From Elusimicrobiota bacterium (GTDB lineage Bacteria > Elusimicrobiota > Elusimicrobia > Elusimicrobiales > UBA9959), in contig JAPLKI010000025.1 in assembly GCA_026388155.1 (NCBI GenBank), positions 220,931 through 284,930 on the forward strand: DNA of 64,000 nt. The letters are read 5' to 3'. The notes under the pieces are model-generated. The model saw only the letters and a program-made list of their open reading frames with translations, did not search any database and had not been told where the DNA came from. Both the position numbers and the translations under genes were made by a program. Shown piece by piece: positions 38,106 to 46,260 of this stretch (positions within the stretch are counted from its first letter, which is position 1; each line of letters opens with the position of its first letter).

Positions 38106-39329
38106 CTACCCATACCGTATGGCATCCACGGGGCTGATCTTTGAGGCCCGAAGCGCCGGATAAACGGCGCTGAGCATACAGAGCGCGTAGCTGATAAAAA
38201 CCGTGCCGAGCACATCGCGCAGTTTTATTTCCACCGGCACCCGGCTGATATAGTAAATGTCTGAAGGCAGTTCAACTACCGGATAGCGTCCGATGAACAG
38301 CGAGAGCGCGAGTCCCAAAAGCACGCCGAGGCTTATACCGCTTATGGCTATAAGGTTGCCCTCCCAGAAAAAAACGCGCCGTATGAACCCGGGGCCGGCC
38401 CCTATCGAGCGCAGTATGCCTATATCGCGCAGTTTTTCCACGCTCATCATCAGCAGATTTGAGGCAATATTAAAAGTGGCCACCAGAATTATAAGCGCGA
38501 GCACCAGAGACATCATAAATTTCTCAAGTTTCAGGGCCGCAAAAAGCGTCTGGTTCATGTCGGCGTAGGTTTTCACCGTATACTGAAAACCGAGGCTTTT
38601 TTTAAGCGCGGCGGCCACCCGCCCCGAAAGTTCTATATCGTCCAGCTTCAGGCCCATGCCGTTCGCGCCGCCGTCAAGATTAAAAAAGTCTCCCGCATCT
38701 TTAATCCCGCAATAGGCCATGGTATTGTCAAACTCATAGTAACCGGTGTGAAGAAGACCCGCCACTTTGAACTTGCGCATTTTCGGGAAAATGCCTATGG
38801 AGGTGGCTACGGATTTCGGCGACACAAGAATAACCTCGTCTCCCAGCCACACGCCTATGTTCTTTGCCAGTTCTTCGCCGAGTATGATGGCGGGAACCAT
38901 GGAGCCGGTTTCTTTCAACGCGTTCCAGGAGCCGGTTTTAAGCGAAGCCTTAAGGTTGTTTATTTTAAACTCGCCCTCGGGGTCAAGCCCTTTCACCACC
39001 ACGCCGGTGGAGCGGTTATCAAAGGTAAGTATCCCCTGCCCAAGCACGAAAGGGGAAAAGGCGGTCACATGGCCCTGTTCGGAAAGCGCCGAGGTCAGGC
39101 GCGCGCGGTCCTGGGTCCGCATGGGACCGTAAATTATGATATGCGCCTGGGCGTCAACTATTTTTTTCTTGATGTCGGACTGGAAACCGTTCATTACGGA
39201 GAGGGTGGTAATAAGAGCCGCTACCCCCACGGTAACTCCGGCCACGCCTATAAGCGTGGTTACCATGGAAAACAGGCCTTTTCTCTTGGCTTTCAGATAC
39301 CGGTAGGCGATAAAGAATTCTGCGGACAT
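38106..39329 (-). CDS. lolE: Lipoprotein-release ABC transporter permease LolC/E
   Basis: FIAYRYL, LSVMNGF, LFAALKLEK, DIGILRSIG, PVDAIRYG. Confidence 0.88.
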   Translation of the reverse strand: MSAEFFIAYRYLKAKRKGLFSMVTTLIGVAGVTVGVAALITTLSVMNGFQSDIKKKIVDAQAHIIIYGPMRTQDRARLTSALSEQGHVTAFSPFVLGQGILTFDNRSTGVVVKGLDPEGEFKINNLKASLKTGSWNALKETGSMVPAIILGEELAKNIGVWLGDEVILVSPKSVATSIGIFPKMRKFKVAGLLHTGYYEFDNTMAYCGIKDAGDFFNLDGGANGMGLKLDDIELSGRVAAALKKSLGFQYTVKTYADMNQTLFAALKLEKFMMSLVLALIILVATFNIASNLLMMSVEKLRDIGILRSIGAGPGFIRRVFFWEGNLIAISGISLGVLLGLALSLFIGRYPVVELPSDIYYISRVPVEIKLRDVLGTVFISYALCMLSAVYPALRASKISPVDAIRYG

Positions 39330-39387
39330 AATTATACGGCAGCGGCTAGAGGAGAGCGTATAGCGTAGAGAGCAGTTTCCCCCCTTC

Positions 39388-40896
39388 TTACAGGTCCGGG
39401 GCCTTGTACTTTGCGGCTTCGGGTTTCAGCAGCGGGAACAAAATCACTTCCCTTATGGAAGGCTTGCCGGCAAAAAGCATGGTAAGGCGGTCAATGCCTA
39501 TGCCGATGCCGCCCATCGGAGGCATACCGTACTCCATGGCCTCAATAAAATCCTTATCAAGAATGTCCGCCTCGCCGTTATTTTCCTCTTCGCGCTGGCG
39601 GAGCTGCTCCTCAAGGCGGCTTTTCTGATCCTCGGGGTCGTTCAACTCGGAGTAGGCGTTCGCTATTTCCTCTTTCCCGGCAAAAAACTCAAAGCGTTCC
39701 ACTATGGATTCATCTCCGGTCTTACATTTGGCCAGCGGAGTTATGGCCGTGGGATAATCCATAACGAAAGTGGGCTGATCCAGTTCCGACAGTATCTTCT
39801 CGTCCATGATCCGTTCAAAGATCTTGGCGGGCGGGGTGTCGGCCGCGGATTCTATGTGAAGTTTGGCCGCCAGTTTTTTCAGGTTTTCCTTGTTAAAGGA
39901 CTTGCCCTTCAGCACTTCGTGTATGTTCTCTCCTGTTTTTTTCAGCCATTCGCCGGGCAGGGACAGACGTTTGAACGGAGGCTTCAGGTTTACCGTCATC
40001 CCGTTGTAGTCAACAGTGTCCGCGCCTATGATAAGCGAGCATTTTTTAAAGATCGTTTCCACCAGTTCGGCCATGCCGTTGTAGTCGGAATAGGCCTTAT
40101 AGGCTTCCAGCGTGGTAAATTCCGGATTATGGCGGGTGTCCACGCCCTCATTGCGGAACACGCGGCCTATTTCGTATGCGCCGTCAAAACCGCCGATGAT
40201 AAGTTTCTTAAGCGGCAGTTCCGTGGCGATGCGCATGTAAAGTTCATATTTATACGCGTTGTGAAAGGTTATAAAGGGCCGCGCCGACGCGCCGCCGGCC
40301 TGGGCGCAAAGCACCGGAGTTTCAACCTCAAGGTAGCCGTCCGCGTCAAGCACGCCGCGGATGGCGGATACCACCTGCGCGCGCCGCACAAAAATAGTAC
40401 GCGCTTCCTCGTTGGAAATAAGGTCAAGGTAACGCTCGCGGTAGCGGGCTTCCGGATCCGTCAGGCCGTGAAATTTCTCAGGCAGCGGGCGCACGGATTT
40501 TGAAAGCACCGTAAGTTTTTCCGCGTTCACGGTCAATTCCCCCGTATGGGTCAGAAAAAGTTTTCCCTCCACCCCCAGAAAATCCCCCACGTGCATCTGC
40601 TTCTTAAAAAGTTCATAAGCCGCTTCACCCACGGCGTCCTTTTTAACGTAAATCTGCATCTTGCCGGTGCCATCCTTAAGGTGGGCGAAAGTGGCCTTGC
40701 CCATCACGCGCATAAGCACTATGCGTCCCGCTATTATAACGCTTGTATCGGCCGGGGCCTGGCGGGCCCTGTCAATTTTATGCGTCAGCCGGAACCTGTG
40801 GGGGAACGGATCTATACCCTGCTCCCGTATGGTTTTTATTTTGGCGTAATTATTGGCGATTATGTCGTTTATCCCGGAGTTTGGGGTGATGTTCAT
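39388..40896 (-). CDS. lysS: Lysine--tRNA ligase (class II)
   Basis: PLPEKFHGL, YRERYLDL, FRNEG, HNPEFT, YGMPPMGGIGIGIDRL. Confidence 0.97.
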   Translation of the reverse strand: MNITPNSGINDIIANNYAKIKTIREQGIDPFPHRFRLTHKIDRARQAPADTSVIIAGRIVLMRVMGKATFAHLKDGTGKMQIYVKKDAVGEAAYELFKKQMHVGDFLGVEGKLFLTHTGELTVNAEKLTVLSKSVRPLPEKFHGLTDPEARYRERYLDLISNEEARTIFVRRAQVVSAIRGVLDADGYLEVETPVLCAQAGGASARPFITFHNAYKYELYMRIATELPLKKLIIGGFDGAYEIGRVFRNEGVDTRHNPEFTTLEAYKAYSDYNGMAELVETIFKKCSLIIGADTVDYNGMTVNLKPPFKRLSLPGEWLKKTGENIHEVLKGKSFNKENLKKLAAKLHIESAADTPPAKIFERIMDEKILSELDQPTFVMDYPTAITPLAKCKTGDESIVERFEFFAGKEEIANAYSELNDPEDQKSRLEEQLRQREEENNGEADILDKDFIEAMEYGMPPMGGIGIGIDRLTMLFAGKPSIREVILFPLLKPEAAKYKAPDL

Positions 40897-40914
40897 TTTC
40901 TAGCCTATGGCTGT

Positions 40915-40945
40915 GCCGTATCAAGGGCTATGCCCATCAGACGGC
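40915..40945. repeat. 31-bp REP-like hairpin, family C copy 3, overlapping the response regulator stop codon
   Basis: GCCGTATCAAGGGCTATGCCCATCAGACGGC. Confidence 0.75.
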
Positions 40946-41325
40946 TTTGATGCGATGGCGTCCTTTACGATTTTTACCAGGTTTTTGGGTTCGAACGGCT
41001 TTTCCACGAAAGCGAAAATATTGGAGGACAGCTCAAAGAGGTCTTTCATCTGCCCCTTGGCGGTCAATATAATTATGGGTATGTGGCTAAGCTCGTTAAT
41101 TTCCTGGAGTTTTCCCTGCAGGGTATAGCCGTCCATTTCAGGCATCATGATGTCAAGTATCAGGACGTCGGGAATAATTTTCTTGGCGGCGTCAAGGGAG
41201 GTAAGCAGGTTAAAGGCCTCAAGGCCGTTATACGCCTCATGCACTTCCAGCTGCTCCCGCTCCATAAGCACCTTGATCAGATACACCACATCTTTCTCGT
41301 CATCCACTACCATTACTTTAGCCAT
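40921..41325 (-). CDS. Single-domain response regulator
   Basis: VVDDE, LDIMMPEMDG, LTA, KPF. Confidence 0.9.
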   Translation of the reverse strand: MAKVMVVDDEKDVVYLIKVLMEREQLEVHEAYNGLEAFNLLTSLDAAKKIIPDVLILDIMMPEMDGYTLQGKLQEINELSHIPIIILTAKGQMKDLFELSSNIFAFVEKPFEPKNLVKIVKDAIASKPSDGHSP

Positions 41326-41570
41326 AAATCCCCTGTAAACCGCGAAAAACCGTCGAAAGACAAAACCGCGGATTTTCCGGCGCCTGGCGGCACTTTGCCT
41401 GCCAGAGGCGGGGCCGGACCGAATTCATTATTATAGTATATAATTTCTCGCAGTTAAAAATCCCGCTCCGGAGCGGGACCGGAGAGAAGAAAAACCGGCG
41501 CAAAAAATGTAAAATGGATATGCAGCCTGAAACTGCGGCTGGAAACATAATCATTTCCTGGAGATTCAAA

Positions 41571-42026
41571 ATGGCACTTGAAAAAACCCTTATCCTTATC
41601 AAACCTGACGGCATTAAACGGCGGCTGACCGGCCTGGCCATTGACCGGCTTGAAAACGCGGGCTTTGAGCTTGTGGGCGCGAAAGCGGTAAGCGTCACTG
41701 AAGATTTGGCCAGAAAACATTATGACGCCCTCAAAGACAAACCGTTCTTTGAAAACCTTATAAAATATATACGCGGAGAGTTTCACGGTATTTCAAAAAA
41801 CCGCATTATCGCTTTGGTTTACAGAGGCGAGAACGCAATAAAAGGGGTGCGCGCCGTGGTGGGGGCCACAAATCCCGAGGAGGCCGCACCCGGTTCCATA
41901 AGGGGCTCGTTTGGAAGGATAAGTTCAAAAGGACAGTTTGAAAATGTAGTCCATGCCTCAGGCGATGCTGAAGACGCCAGGCGTGAAGTGGCCCTCTGGT
42001 TTAAGCCTGACGAAATAATTGAGTAA
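41571..42026 (+). CDS. ndk: Nucleoside-diphosphate kinase
   Basis: EKTLILIKPDG, GATNP, PGSIRG, NVVHAS. Confidence 0.95.
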   Translation: MALEKTLILIKPDGIKRRLTGLAIDRLENAGFELVGAKAVSVTEDLARKHYDALKDKPFFENLIKYIRGEFHGISKNRIIALVYRGENAIKGVRAVVGATNPEEAAPGSIRGSFGRISSKGQFENVVHASGDAEDARREVALWFKPDEIIE

Positions 42027-42107
42027 AGAAGGCCATAGGCCATACGCCGTAAGCCATAAGTTTAAAGGTGTTCCTTAAAAAGCTTATGGCAGTAATTCTC
42101 TTTCGAT

Positions 42108-42989
42108 ATGAAACTTAAACTTTTATTCCCGTTTGTTTTTTTCTTCAGCGCCCCACTTTTCGCACAGCAAGCCGGCCGGGAACGCGTCGAGGAGCGCGTA
42201 ACGCTTGAAACGGACGACGGCTGGAAACTGAATGCCCGCTACCTGAGAGCCGCGCAGAGCGCGCCCACCCTTGTACTGCTGCACACTCAAAAAAGCGACC
42301 TGACGGAATGGAACCTTTGGTTCCCCTACCTTAAAAAATACGGCTACGGCTACCTGGCGCCTGACCTGCGCGGGCATGGTTTCAGCTTTATTATGCCCAA
42401 CGGCTCCACAGCCACCTACAGATCCTTCGCTATAAGCGGCCCCGACAACGAATTCAATAAAATGACCAGGGATGTGGAAGCGGCCGTGGCGTATCTGTCA
42501 ACGAACTCCGTAACCTCCGACAGGATAGTTCTGGCGGGTTCCGTGCTGGGCGCGAACCTGGCCATAAAAACAGCCGCCATACATCAGGATATCGCCATGG
42601 TTATAGCCATTTCTCCTGCGCTCAATATAAACGACGTGCTGTCAATAAACCCGCTCAGGGCCTACGGTAAAAGGCCGATCCTGCTTGTGGCCGGCGCCGA
42701 CCGGGCCAGGCAATACAAGGAATTCCAGCTTATAAATGATATAGCGAAATCGGCCTGCGGAAAAGAAAATGTAAGCGTGCTGGTTGAAGCAAAAGGCATA
42801 GGGCCGGAATTGATCACAAAATACAACATTAAAAGGGTTCTGGACTGGCTTAAAAATCCGCGCCTGCCGGAGATAATTCAGCTGTCAACCGGCGCCGTGC
42901 AGGACGCCGCGCCCAAGGCCTTATCGGACGATGGAAACGACCGGACCGAAGAAGAGCAGGCCGCCTACAAGGATGGCAATGGAGAATAA
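42108..42989 (+). CDS. Exported alpha/beta-hydrolase fold protein, probably non-catalytic
   Basis: Signal peptide, VLLH, DLRGHG; nucleophile elbow reads GSVLG. Confidence 0.75.
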   Translation: MKLKLLFPFVFFFSAPLFAQQAGRERVEERVTLETDDGWKLNARYLRAAQSAPTLVLLHTQKSDLTEWNLWFPYLKKYGYGYLAPDLRGHGFSFIMPNGSTATYRSFAISGPDNEFNKMTRDVEAAVAYLSTNSVTSDRIVLAGSVLGANLAIKTAAIHQDIAMVIAISPALNINDVLSINPLRAYGKRPILLVAGADRARQYKEFQLINDIAKSACGKENVSVLVEAKGIGPELITKYNIKRVLDWLKNPRLPEIIQLSTGAVQDAAPKALSDDGNDRTEEEQAAYKDGNGE

Positions 42990-43878
42990 ATTCTTAAAAT
43001 ATTCAAAGCTCCCCACCGAACAGGTAAACCCGCGCACGGCCGACCTTGACCGGCTGCCGCTCCGGCGGGTGCTTGAGAAGCTGAACCGCGAAGACTCCCT
43101 TATTCCGAAGGCGGTCAAAAAAGCCATACCGCAGATAGAGAAAGCGGCGCGGGCCGTATCGCGGGCGTATCTCTCCGGCAACAAAATATTCTTTATCGGC
43201 GCCGGAACCAGCGGCCGGCTGGGAGTGCTTGAAGCGGCGGAACTCCCCCCCACTTACGGCGTAGACTCGGCAATCTTTACGGCGCTTATGGCCGGGGGCG
43301 ACAAGGCCGTGTTCCACTCAAAGGAAGGAGCCGAAGATGTTTTTGACGACGGACGGCGCGAAATTTACAAACTCGCCCGCAAAGGAGATGTTGTTATAGG
43401 CATAGCCGCAAGCGGCATAACGCCGTATGTGCGCGGAGGGCTTGTCGCAGGCAAAAAGAAGGGCGCGGTAACAGCGCTTATTACCTGCAACCCCGGTGAA
43501 AAATCCAGGGAAACCGACGTGGTAGTGGCGCTTGACGTGGGGCCTGAACCGATTTCCGGTTCCACCCGCATGAAGTCGGGCACGGCCACCAAGCTTGCGC
43601 TGAACATGATTTCCACTTCTGCCATGGTAATTTCAGGCAAGGTTTACCGCAACTGGATGGTGGATGTAAAAACCACTTCGCACAAGCTCGTATTGCGCGC
43701 GGAGCGCATTGCCGCCACCCTGGGAGAAGTGCAGCAGGAAGAAGCGCGGCGCCTGCTTACTATCACCGGCAACGAAGTTAAGACGGCCATCGTAATGGCT
43801 CGCCGCGGGATAAGCCTGGAAAAAGCCCGCACCCTCATAAAAAAGCATAAAGGCTTCCTAAAAGCCATCCTTGGCTAA
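42979..43878 (+). CDS. murQ: N-acetylmuramic acid 6-phosphate etherase
   Basis: GAGTSGRLGVL, EGAED, GPEPISGSTRMKSGTATK. Confidence 0.95.
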   Translation: MENKFLKYSKLPTEQVNPRTADLDRLPLRRVLEKLNREDSLIPKAVKKAIPQIEKAARAVSRAYLSGNKIFFIGAGTSGRLGVLEAAELPPTYGVDSAIFTALMAGGDKAVFHSKEGAEDVFDDGRREIYKLARKGDVVIGIAASGITPYVRGGLVAGKKKGAVTALITCNPGEKSRETDVVVALDVGPEPISGSTRMKSGTATKLALNMISTSAMVISGKVYRNWMVDVKTTSHKLVLRAERIAATLGEVQQEEARRLLTITGNEVKTAIVMARRGISLEKARTLIKKHKGFLKAILG

Positions 43879-44035
43879 GGCAGATGCATAGCAGTTTAGA
43901 TGCATAGCAGCTTAGAAGTTGAAATTCTTTGAAATTTCAGCCCGCTTTACATCCGTGCATCTCTACGTCCGCTCCTTCTTGCAAAATGAAACCTTTTCGC
44001 CGGATTATCCGTATGTTTTCATGGATGCCAAAAAT

Positions 44036-45298
44036 ATGAGATACCACAAGATTACAAGACTGCTTCGCGCTATGGCAGTTATGTTATTTTTTTCCCCGCT
44101 CGGAATTTATGCCCAGGAAGCCGCTCCGCTCTCTTTTGACGAAGCCGCCAGACTCCTGCTTCAGAACAACCCGCAGGCCATAACTGCCGAACGCGCCATA
44201 GACTCGGCCCGCAACCGTTCCTTATATTACCGTGCCGGCCTTTATCCGCAACTCTCCGCCAATGCCGGTTATAACCGCGTCGAAGGAGACTTAAGCCCGG
44301 CAAGCGAATCCTATTCATACGGTTTTTCCGCCACCCAGCCCATTTTCTCCCCCGCCCTGCCAGCCGCGATCCGCTCCGCCCTGGCCTCTTACCGCAAGAC
44401 CGAGGCGGACTACGACCTGCTTAAGTCCGCTTTGCTTTTTGATCTCAAGACGACTTTTTCCGACCTCATCAAGGCGCGTGAAACCCTTAAACTTTCCGAA
44501 GTGACCCTTAAACGCCGGGCCGAAAATGTGGAGATAATCCGTATCAAATACGAAGCAGGCCGCGAGAACAAAGCCGCGCTTCTTGAAACCCAGTCCGTAT
44601 ACAAGACCTCCCAGTGGCAGCACGAGGGCTATAAAAAGGATCTGCGCCTCCTGGAACGGAAACTGAACCGCCTGCTTGGCCGCCCGCCCATGGCGGACAC
44701 GCAGGTGACAGCCCTCCCCTCCTCACCGGTCCCGCCGGAAGAGTTTAATTCTTTTTCCGGCAGCCTGGAGAAACATCCATCGCTCCGCTCCGCCCGCGCC
44801 TTGCTGGAAGTAAGCCAGGCCGGCGTTGACCGCTCCAAAAGCGGATTTCTGCCCGAAGCCGACGCAGTGGGCAATTATACCTGGGCCGGCTCCGACTGGC
44901 CCGACAAGAACAAAAGCTGGTCGGCGGGCTTTACCCTTTCACTTCCATTATTCACCGGCGGCAAGCTTTCGGCGGACCTGACTTCCGCGCAAGCCGATAA
45001 AGCCCGCGCCGAGGCCTCTCTTAAAGACGCCCGGGACGAAGTTTATATAAACGCGGAGGACACCTTTCTATCCTGGCGCCAGGCCTGGTCCTTTATGGAC
45101 GTGGCTAATACCGTCCTGGAATCGGCCAATGCCCGCGCCTGGCTTCTGCGCAAGCAGTATCTGGCCGGCCAGGCTTCATATTTCGAATGGCGCAATGTTG
45201 AAGAGCAGCTTATCAGCGCCGAGAATCAGCTTTTGTCGGCCAAGCGGGATCTCGCCGTAGCCCACGCAGCCTTCACCAGATCTTTAGGAGAATTCTAA
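44036..45298 (+). CDS. TolC family outer-membrane efflux protein
   Basis: Signal peptide, LYPQLS, YEAG, LSLPLFTGG, YLAG repeats; start uncertain. Confidence 0.85.
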   Translation: MRYHKITRLLRAMAVMLFFSPLGIYAQEAAPLSFDEAARLLLQNNPQAITAERAIDSARNRSLYYRAGLYPQLSANAGYNRVEGDLSPASESYSYGFSATQPIFSPALPAAIRSALASYRKTEADYDLLKSALLFDLKTTFSDLIKARETLKLSEVTLKRRAENVEIIRIKYEAGRENKAALLETQSVYKTSQWQHEGYKKDLRLLERKLNRLLGRPPMADTQVTALPSSPVPPEEFNSFSGSLEKHPSLRSARALLEVSQAGVDRSKSGFLPEADAVGNYTWAGSDWPDKNKSWSAGFTLSLPLFTGGKLSADLTSAQADKARAEASLKDARDEVYINAEDTFLSWRQAWSFMDVANTVLESANARAWLLRKQYLAGQASYFEWRNVEEQLISAENQLLSAKRDLAVAHAAFTRSLGEF

Positions 45299-46260
45299 TG
45301 AAAAAGAGCTTTTTCAAAACCAAGAAATTTATATTCGGCGGCATCATCCTGGTACTGATCGGCGGAGGCTGGACCGCCTGCGAACATAGCCGGGCCAAGA
45401 AGGAGCTTAAGAAGCTGGAAGATCTCTCTCCCGTGAAAGTCGCCAAAGGGCTGTTCGTAATAAAGACCCAGGCTATAGGCGTAGTTGAGCCGGAAAACCG
45501 CGTGCTGGTAACGCCTTCGGTAAGCGGCCGGGCGGAGGAAGTACTGTTCCGCGAAGGCGACCTGGCGAAAAAAGGCCAGATACTTGCCTGGGTAAGTTCA
45601 AGCGAGCGCACCGCGCTTTTAGACTCCCTTAAAATGAACGGTTCCACTCCCGAGGAGAAGAAAATGGTGGAAGAAGCCTACAATCTTACGCCCGTGGTCT
45701 CCCCCATAGACGGCATGGTGATAAAACGCGCCGTTGAGCCGGGCCAATCCGTCAGCGAAGCAAAGGAAATAGCCGTTCTCTCGGACCGCCTCATCATCAA
45801 GACCTATGTGGACGAGACCGACATCGGCAGCGTGAAAGAAGGCCAGAAAGCCGAGTTCTACCTTGATTCTTTCCCCAAGGACAAGTACGAGGGAAATGTG
45901 CTTTCCATCGCCAGAGAGTCCATCCTGAAGGAAGGTGTGACTGTTTACGAAGTGAAGATCCTGGCCTCTAAAAATATCCCGGTACTGCGCTCCGGCATGA
46001 CGGCCGACGTGCGCGTAATAACAGACGTGAAACCGAAAGCTCTTTACCTGCCCAAGAAAGCCATTACTTACAAGGATGGGGACGCTTTTGTGACTATTAA
46101 AGACGCAAAAGCAAAAAAGGTAACCGACAAAAAAGTGGAGCTCGGCGCCTCCAATGAGAAAACCATAGAGATACTTTCGGGTGTCAGCGAGAACGACACT
46201 GTCTACTACTCCACCTCGATCGCCAAAGAGCGCTCCAACATAGTAATAAACGCCAATTAA
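45298..46260 (+). CDS. macA: MacA-like periplasmic adaptor subunit
   Basis: SVSGR, SPIDGMV, VDETDIG, LRSGMTA; between tolC and macB. Confidence 0.8.
   Translation: MKKSFFKTKKFIFGGIILVLIGGGWTACEHSRAKKELKKLEDLSPVKVAKGLFVIKTQAIGVVEPENRVLVTPSVSGRAEEVLFREGDLAKKGQILAWVSSSERTALLDSLKMNGSTPEEKKMVEEAYNLTPVVSPIDGMVIKRAVEPGQSVSEAKEIAVLSDRLIIKTYVDETDIGSVKEGQKAEFYLDSFPKDKYEGNVLSIARESILKEGVTVYEVKILASKNIPVLRSGMTADVRVITDVKPKALYLPKKAITYKDGDAFVTIKDAKAKKVTDKKVELGASNEKTIEILSGVSENDTVYYSTSIAKERSNIVINAN

Noticed and set aside
41318..41786. Minus-strand ORFs of 126 and 110 aa
   Set aside because: They overlap ndk antisense and a divergent promoter region; no recognisable motifs.
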